NCBI GenBank assembly: GCA_035457485.1
Contig: DATIBO010000006.1
Span: 690,659-754,658, forward strand
Source: Candidatus Saccharimonadales bacterium
GTDB lineage: Bacteria > Patescibacteriota > Saccharimonadia > Saccharimonadales > EFPC-124
Direction: 5' to 3'
Length of the DNA: 64,000 nt
Shown here: one piece after another, positions 58,271 through 64,000 of the stretch
Position numbering within the stretch: the stretch's first letter is position 1
How the letters are laid out: each line of letters begins with the position of its first letter
Made by a program: the position numbers and the translations under genes
Notes under the pieces: model-generated
Seen by the model: the letters and a program-made list of their open reading frames with translations, nothing else
Databases searched by the model: none
What the model was told of the DNA's origin: nothing

Positions 58271-58741
58271 ATGAAGAAGAAAGCTAAATCAACCGCCAAT
58301 ATAATTGACAACCGCCGCGCTCGGTTTGATTACGCATTGAGCGACGAATTTAGCGTGGGCATAGTTTTAACCGGCCCAGAGGTTAAAGCTGCCCGCAACA
58401 ATCGTGTAACCCTAAAAGGTAGTTACGTAAACGTAAAAGATGGCGAACTTTGGCTTACTAACGCTAGTTTTTCGGTAATTCACACCGAGCCAGGCAAATC
58501 AACAACCGCCGTCGACACCCGTCCGCGCAAGTTACTAGCAAAAAAACGCGAGATTGCACAAATCATTGCCGCAAAGAATCAAGGCAGTACAGTAGTGCCT
58601 TTAAGTATGAGCACAAAAACAAACTTCATAAAACTTAAAATCGCAATTGGTAAGGGTAAAAAACAGTACGACAAACGCCAAACGATTAAAAAACGCGACA
58701 CCGAGCGAGAAAACAAACGAGTTTTAAGATCACTTGGATAG
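58271..58741 (+). CDS. smpB: SsrA-binding protein
   Basis: 156 aa. Motifs NRRARFDY, GPEVKA, GKGKKQYDKR. Confidence 0.9.
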   Translation: MKKKAKSTANIIDNRRARFDYALSDEFSVGIVLTGPEVKAARNNRVTLKGSYVNVKDGELWLTNASFSVIHTEPGKSTTAVDTRPRKLLAKKREIAQIIAAKNQGSTVVPLSMSTKTNFIKLKIAIGKGKKQYDKRQTIKKRDTERENKRVLRSLG

Positions 58742-59773
58742 AGCAGTTAAAATAGCCTGGCCCAAAATGTGCTGATTGTAAACAACACCATGCCTTTCGC
58801 GGGTTGGCAAAGTAGCAGCGTTCAGGTTGGTGAAAGCACCTAATTTATCAGTTGCATATTCGGTTCTAGCTACTGTGTCGCCGTCGGTAAAAAACATGTA
58901 CGAGGGCACGTTAGGGCAACGTTTATTAAAAACACTAAGATCTTCAAAAAAGCTTCCAGCTGCCAAGCCCTGTAGTAATGCCAAGTTGTTGCTAGCCTGG
59001 CGGATCATTGCACCGACACCGGCAACTTCGGTTTTTCTAAAAACACCTTGCCGATGATTGTTTAAGTAGGGAGACATGGCAGCACCCTCACTGGCAAAGC
59101 ATTGCGTTAGGTCGATGATTCCGCGACCTTGTTTCATATTGCCAGGCACGCCCATGATAAGTCCGCCGACTTGTTTGCCTGATTCGACCGCAAGGTTCGC
59201 TAAAACCGGTACCATGCCGCCGCCAAACGAGACACCCATAATATGAACTTTTTCTAGGCCGGGGATAAATTCTTCGGTAGTTTCGAGGTATTTTTCGGCA
59301 ATTGGTCTAAAATTGCCCATTTTTACCTGTCTGACCTGGCTAGAGTTTAGCCTAACTCCTGCGTCTGCAACCGGTGCCGAAAACATGATAACCGGTAAAA
59401 CTCTGCCAAACCTATCACGGCAATCGGCGAACTTGGCGATTCTACGGGTCATCTCGCCAATCAAAACCATGGTTTTTAGGTCTGTTGCAAATGGTCCCGG
59501 CACCAAAATTGCCTCAGTATCCGAGTTAACTTCTTGGCGATCCGGATCAGTAAACAGCGCGTATTTAACACCTGTTCTTGGATTACGGTCAATACCTCTA
59601 CTAAGCCTCTCGATATACCTATATTTACCGTTAGGTTCCTTGCCGGCAGCACGCGCCTCGGCCTCCATTTGGTTCACAATACCATCAACGGCTTTAACAA
59701 CCTCGGGCGAGGGTTCAAACACACTTAAAGCTTGCTCTTTGTAAAAAGAGACTTCGGATTCTGGCCGTGACAT
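58730..59773 (-). CDS. alpha/beta-hydrolase-like hypothetical protein
   Basis: 347 aa. GVSFGGG nucleophile-elbow motif. Otherwise unrecognised. Confidence 0.45.
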   Translation of the reverse strand: MSRPESEVSFYKEQALSVFEPSPEVVKAVDGIVNQMEAEARAAGKEPNGKYRYIERLSRGIDRNPRTGVKYALFTDPDRQEVNSDTEAILVPGPFATDLKTMVLIGEMTRRIAKFADCRDRFGRVLPVIMFSAPVADAGVRLNSSQVRQVKMGNFRPIAEKYLETTEEFIPGLEKVHIMGVSFGGGMVPVLANLAVESGKQVGGLIMGVPGNMKQGRGIIDLTQCFASEGAAMSPYLNNHRQGVFRKTEVAGVGAMIRQASNNLALLQGLAAGSFFEDLSVFNKRCPNVPSYMFFTDGDTVARTEYATDKLGAFTNLNAATLPTRERHGVVYNQHILGQAILTALSK

Positions 59774-59810
59774 AAATCTGCAAGGATTCTACGCCCGAAA
59801 GACTACAAAA

Positions 59811-60524
59811 TCAAGAAATCAACGTACCAATTTTTTCGCCTAAAGCGACTTTTTTAAGATTGTCATGCTGGTCAAGATCACAAACTACGATTGGCATTTT
59901 ATACTCAAGCGCTAGTGCAAGCGCAGCTTTATCCATGACACGAATATTTTCGTCTTCTACTGCTTTTGTAAAACTTAGCTCCGGAATGAGCTTAGCGTCA
60001 GCAAACCTTACAGGATCTCTGTCGTAGACTCCATCGACTTTTGTGATCTTACACACAAGGTCGCAGTCAAGTTCGAGTGCCAAGTTTAAAGCGGCTGTAT
60101 CAGTAGTTAGGTAAGGGCGAGCAACGCCACCACCTAAAATAACCACGCGACCTTTTGTAAGCTGATGAAGTGCGCGGCGCTGAGTGTATTGGTCGGCGAC
60201 TTGGTCAGCGACAATGCTTGTTAAAATCCTCGACGGAACGCTGTTTTCAGCGAAAATATCATTCAGCGCGATTGCATTAATCAAGGTTGCTAGCATTCCC
60301 ATAAAATCGCCCGTCACGCGCTTTATTCCGGACCCTTCGATCTGAGCTCCACGAATAAAATTACCACCGCCCACCATAATCACAACTTCAGTACCCACCG
60401 AGATTGCCTGGGCAACTTCGGCAGCGATCCTTTTTGCAATCTTTTTGTTTATTCCTGAGCCATCGGCGCCAGCAAGTTGCTCGCCCGAAATTTTCACCAA
60501 AATTCGAGTATATTTAAGTTTCAT
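59811..60524 (-). CDS. pyrH: UMP kinase
   Basis: Motifs ILVKISGEQLAG, VGGGNFIRG, DGVYDRDP. ATG at 60524 (MKLKYTR..). The longer ORF to 60686 would overlap xth. Confidence 0.9.
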   Translation of the reverse strand: MKLKYTRILVKISGEQLAGADGSGINKKIAKRIAAEVAQAISVGTEVVIMVGGGNFIRGAQIEGSGIKRVTGDFMGMLATLINAIALNDIFAENSVPSRILTSIVADQVADQYTQRRALHQLTKGRVVILGGGVARPYLTTDTAALNLALELDCDLVCKITKVDGVYDRDPVRFADAKLIPELSFTKAVEDENIRVMDKAALALALEYKMPIVVCDLDQHDNLKKVALGEKIGTLIS

Positions 60525-60571
60525 GAGATTAAGTGTAGCAAACTTTACCCAAAACGGGTTAAAATAGCAAT

Positions 60572-61372
60572 ATGACAACAGTATATTCATGGAACGTAAA
60601 TGGAATTCGCGCAGTTTTGCGTAAAGGTGATTTTGTAAAATTTGTAGACGAGCACAAACCCGACATTTTGTGCCTACAAGAAACAAAGGCTCAAAAAGAC
60701 CAGGTTGAGGTTGACTTGCCAGGCTACATTGAAACCTGGAATTCAGCCGAAAAAAAGGGATACTCCGGCACGGCAGTTTTTAGTAAAACCCAGCCACTTA
60801 GCGTAGCCTTTGGATTTCCAGAAGAAATCGCTAAAAAATACAACTTAAAAGATCATGTTGAGCGTGATTCTTCAACCGAAGGCCGTGTAATTACCGCAGA
60901 ATTCGAAAAATTTTACGTTGTGACAGTTTATACGCCAAATGCCAAAGATGACTTGAGTCGCGTACCGCTGCGCCATGAGCATTGGGATCCAGCATTTTTA
61001 GAGCACTGCAAAAATCTTGAAAAAACCAAGCCAGTAATTTTTTGTGGCGATTTAAACGTAGCTCACACTCCCGACGATTTAGCTCGGCCAAAACCAAACG
61101 AAGGTAAAAAAGGTTTTACACCCGAAGAACGAGAGGGCTTTGACAACTTTGTAAAGGCCGGCTTTGTTGACACTTTCCGTATTTTCACCCAAGGTAACGG
61201 CCACTACAGTTGGTGGACGCACTGGGGTAATGCACGTGCAAATAATGTTGGATGGCGCATCGACTACTTGATGGTCTCGGAAAGCTTAAAAAAACATGTT
61301 AAAAAAGCCGAGATTCACGCAGACGTCATGGGCAGCGATCATTGTCCGGTTAGCATAACTTTGGATATTTAA
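60572..61372 (+). CDS. xth: exodeoxyribonuclease III
   Basis: Motifs SWNVNGIRA, LCLQETK, GDLNVAH, SDHCPV. Confidence 0.9.
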   Translation: MTTVYSWNVNGIRAVLRKGDFVKFVDEHKPDILCLQETKAQKDQVEVDLPGYIETWNSAEKKGYSGTAVFSKTQPLSVAFGFPEEIAKKYNLKDHVERDSSTEGRVITAEFEKFYVVTVYTPNAKDDLSRVPLRHEHWDPAFLEHCKNLEKTKPVIFCGDLNVAHTPDDLARPKPNEGKKGFTPEEREGFDNFVKAGFVDTFRIFTQGNGHYSWWTHWGNARANNVGWRIDYLMVSESLKKHVKKAEIHADVMGSDHCPVSITLDI

Positions 61373-61851
61373 TGAAACAAACCACGATTGTATTTTTGCT
61401 AAAAGATGATCAAGTTTTATTAGCTATGAAAAAACGCGGTTTTGGCGCGGGCAAATGGAATGGTGTTGGCGGCAAGGTTGAACCTGGCGAAACAGTAGAA
61501 CAAGCCGCAATACGTGAGACACAAGAAGAGATTAATGTTACGCCACGTAACCTAGAAAAGGTCGCGCACCATACTTTTATTGTGCCGAGCTTTGCCGACG
61601 GTACCATTATTAGCCACGTTTTTGTAGTTCGCGATTGGCAGGGCGAGCCGACTGAGACCGAAGAAATGGCGCCAAAATGGTTTAAAATTAGCGAGATTCC
61701 GTACGACCAAATGTGGGACGACGACAAACACTGGTTGCCGCAAGTTTTAAATGGCGAAAAGCTGGTTTGCAATTTTGACTTTGACGATAATGACTTGATG
61801 ATTGGTAAAGATGTAAAAGTTGTTGCGGCGACACACGAGTTGCTTGCATAA
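61372..61851 (+). CDS. NUDIX hydrolase (MutT-like)
   Basis: Nudix box GGKVEPGETVEQAAIRETQEEINV. Confidence 0.8.
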   Translation: MKQTTIVFLLKDDQVLLAMKKRGFGAGKWNGVGGKVEPGETVEQAAIRETQEEINVTPRNLEKVAHHTFIVPSFADGTIISHVFVVRDWQGEPTETEEMAPKWFKISEIPYDQMWDDDKHWLPQVLNGEKLVCNFDFDDNDLMIGKDVKVVAATHELLA

Positions 61852-62636
61852 TGGACTTTGACTACTGGCGCAAACAACCGGCCGATAAAGCTATTTTTCC
61901 CGACATTGAATGGGATAAGCCCGAGCAAAAAGCGCTCGCTGGCAAACTTTTGATTATCGGCGGCAATGCACATGGCTTTGCGGCCGTAGCACAGGCACAC
62001 AAAGATGCGGTTAGCGCCGGAATAGGCGAATGCAAAGTCGCGCTGCCAGATAGCCTCAAAAAAAATATAAGCAGCTTAGACTGCGTTTTTGTGCCAACAA
62101 ATATTAGCGGTGGAATATCGAAAGATGGACTGCCAGCCTTAAAAGCCGCAGCCGCTTGGGCTGACACAGTTTTATATATTGGCGACGCTGGGCGAAACTC
62201 CGAAACGGCGATCGTTTATGAGCAACTCTTGCAAGCCTTCCCAGACAAGCAAAATATAGTAACGCGCGACGCAGCCGACTTAGTAAAATCAAGTTGGCCC
62301 GAACTTTTGCAAAATCCCAAAGTCACTTTAATTTTAACTTTGGCCCAGTTACAAAAGCTTTTTCAATCCGTCTATTACCCGAAAACCATTTTATTTAGCA
62401 TGCAGCTTACAAATTTGGCCGAATCTTTGCATAAGTTTACGATTACTTACCAAGCGGCTCTGGTAGTTTTTCACAATAATCAAATGGTCGTTGCTCAAGG
62501 TGGCGAAGTCACTAGTACCCCATGGGAAGACGCCATGATGATCTGGCGCGGAACGGTTGCCGCAAGGGCAGCTACCTACATTACGCACCACCCAGGCAAA
62601 GTACTACAGGCAATTACTACTTCACTTATAAAATAA
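61851..62636 (+). CDS. YjeF C-terminal-like (carbohydrate-kinase fold) protein lacking the GxGD signature
   Basis: LLIIGGNAHGFAAVAQA..GDAGRNSET resembles the fold of the gene at 84-902, but no AGSGDVLSG-type motif is present. Confidence 0.35.
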   Translation: MDFDYWRKQPADKAIFPDIEWDKPEQKALAGKLLIIGGNAHGFAAVAQAHKDAVSAGIGECKVALPDSLKKNISSLDCVFVPTNISGGISKDGLPALKAAAAWADTVLYIGDAGRNSETAIVYEQLLQAFPDKQNIVTRDAADLVKSSWPELLQNPKVTLILTLAQLQKLFQSVYYPKTILFSMQLTNLAESLHKFTITYQAALVVFHNNQMVVAQGGEVTSTPWEDAMMIWRGTVAARAATYITHHPGKVLQAITTSLIK

Positions 62637-62647
62637 AATTTGTCATA

Positions 62648-63373
62648 ATGGCAACTATGTTAAGGGATATGTTCTCCCGCAAAAGCAGCTTTGCAAAACA
62701 AAGTATATCGTATTCAAAGCTTGACCATGTGCAACGCACACTGATCATAGTCATACGACTGTTTTTGTTTGCAGCTTTTGTAGTTATGCTTGCAACCGGT
62801 GCTCCAGGAAAAGCATTTTTAGTTGCAATCTTATTGGTCGCCACCTACGTACCACACTTTTTATTTGAGCGCGGCTACAAAGTCGCACTACCGGTTGAGT
62901 TCCATTTTGTAGCAATCATCTTTTTATTTAGTTGTATTTACGCCGGTACGATTTCACATTTATACGCATTTTGGCCCTGGTGGGATGACGCTATGCACGG
63001 AGTGTCGGGTATAGTTTTTGGTTTCTTAGGGTTTATGGTTTTATACACCCTGCACGAGCAAAAAAAGATTAAAATGTCGCTTAAACTTTTGGCACTTTTT
63101 GCATTTTGCTTTGGCGTTGCCAGTGGTGCAATTTGGGAGATCGCCGAATATTTTAGTGATACTTTTTTGGGAACAAACGCCCAACACGCCAACCAAGATA
63201 CAATGGACGATATAGTTCTAGATGCACTTGGTGCGTTAGTAGTTTCTATCGCAGGCTACCGATATCTGAAGAATGGTAAAGGCTATTTACATCGTCTGCT
63301 TAGCAATTTCAAGTATCACAATCCACAGCTCTTTGGTTCGACGGGCGCCCCCGAGGAAACTGAAGCCAAGTGA
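62648..63373 (+). CDS. polytopic membrane protein (YjdF/DUF2238-like by pattern)
   Basis: 241 aa from the ATG at 62648. 6 TM helices, WWDDAMHG and WEIAEYFSD motifs. Confidence 0.4.
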   Translation: MATMLRDMFSRKSSFAKQSISYSKLDHVQRTLIIVIRLFLFAAFVVMLATGAPGKAFLVAILLVATYVPHFLFERGYKVALPVEFHFVAIIFLFSCIYAGTISHLYAFWPWWDDAMHGVSGIVFGFLGFMVLYTLHEQKKIKMSLKLLALFAFCFGVASGAIWEIAEYFSDTFLGTNAQHANQDTMDDIVLDALGALVVSIAGYRYLKNGKGYLHRLLSNFKYHNPQLFGSTGAPEETEAK

Positions 63374-64000
63374 TTTTTAGCGTAAAGCAATTAGGCAGTG
63401 GCGATAAGTTAGTATTATTTTATATTGGTTGGCGCGGCGAACTAAAAACCTACAATTATCCTATAAAAAAACTGGTGAACGCCGGGTTTAAAGTTATTGC
63501 TTACGAGTATGAGAGTGGTGTTTTGACGCCTAATATAGAAGCCACGCTAAAAAATGCCAAAGCGATTTTAGATGATAGCTTAAGAAAGATCGAAGAGAAC
63601 AAGAGTGCCACTCAAATTGCGACTTTCGGAACAAGTTATGGAACTTTGATCGCGAGTTTAGTGGCCAAAAAATCGCCAAAAGTAAGTAAGGTAATTTTAA
63701 ACTTAGCCGGCGACTGGTTGGGCGACACAGTTTGGAGCTGGGATCGAACCAACAAAGATTTTAAAGACGAGCTAATCAAAGATGGGGTTAGTAAGATTCA
63801 GCTGCATTCAGCCTGGGCGACAATAAGCTCTGCATATCAATCTGAAAAATTAAAAGACAAAGATGTTTTATTGTATGTGGCCAAAAACGATCATGTAATT
63901 CCGTATGACCGCGGAATAGCTTTAGCGCGCGATTTAAAAAAAGGTGGTGCAAATGTGATTCTAAAAACAAATCGGTTTGGTCACATGGTTAGCATAATTG
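63370..64000 (+). CDS. alpha/beta hydrolase, 3'-truncated by the window edge
   Basis: My own read. The GTG at 63370 overlaps the previous stop (GTGA). The frame stays open to base 64000. GTSYG nucleophile elbow, later D and FGHM. Confidence 0.6.
   Translation, partial: MIFSVKQLGSGDKLVLFYIGWRGELKTYNYPIKKLVNAGFKVIAYEYESGVLTPNIEATLKNAKAILDDSLRKIEENKSATQIATFGTSYGTLIASLVAKKSPKVSKVILNLAGDWLGDTVWSWDRTNKDFKDELIKDGVSKIQLHSAWATISSAYQSEKLKDKDVLLYVAKNDHVIPYDRGIALARDLKKGGANVILKTNRFGHMVSII

Overview
This is a gene-dense, low-GC bacterial chromosome segment. G+C is roughly 33-48% in hand-counted 60-nt lines.

Housekeeping content:
- A complete F1Fo ATP synthase operon (atpBEFHAGDC, minus strand, 39987-46504).
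- Phosphoketolase plus acetate kinase.
- pyrH, smpB, xth and dus.
- A probable RNase P RNA and one tRNA-Gln(UUG).

This content, together with a prepilin-type protein and many small membrane proteins, fits a reduced-genome CPR/Saccharibacteria-like organism. That assignment is inference only; no marker phylogeny is possible here.

Accessory content worth attention:
1. A tightly coupled three-gene operon sits next to tRNA-Gln (29425 down to 25927, minus strand). It encodes a small beta-rich protein, an OLD-family ABC-ATPase/Toprim nuclease, and a DUF2130-type zinc-knuckle/coiled-coil/PD-(D/E)XK-like protein. This is my best candidate for an undescribed (defence-type) system.
2. At least five sharply bounded GC-rich islets lie between 35.9 and 58.2 kb. 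All encode their ORFs on the + strand. Each has its own GGAGG-type Shine-Dalgarno (SD) sequence and a long GC-rich hairpin.
3. One islet lies inside a 640-bp insertion flanked by a perfect 26-bp direct repeat that duplicates the 3' end of cobO.
4. A crtB-crtI-(two small lycopene-cyclase subunits)-UbiA prenyltransferase operon has the gene order of actinobacterial C50-carotenoid clusters. A TspO/CrtK gene is nearby.
5. A 57-codon ORF exactly bridges the atpG stop and the atpD start.

No CRISPR array, rRNA, transposase or integrase was seen. All functional calls rest on motif reading of the supplied translations and on my own reading of both strands. No database search was run.
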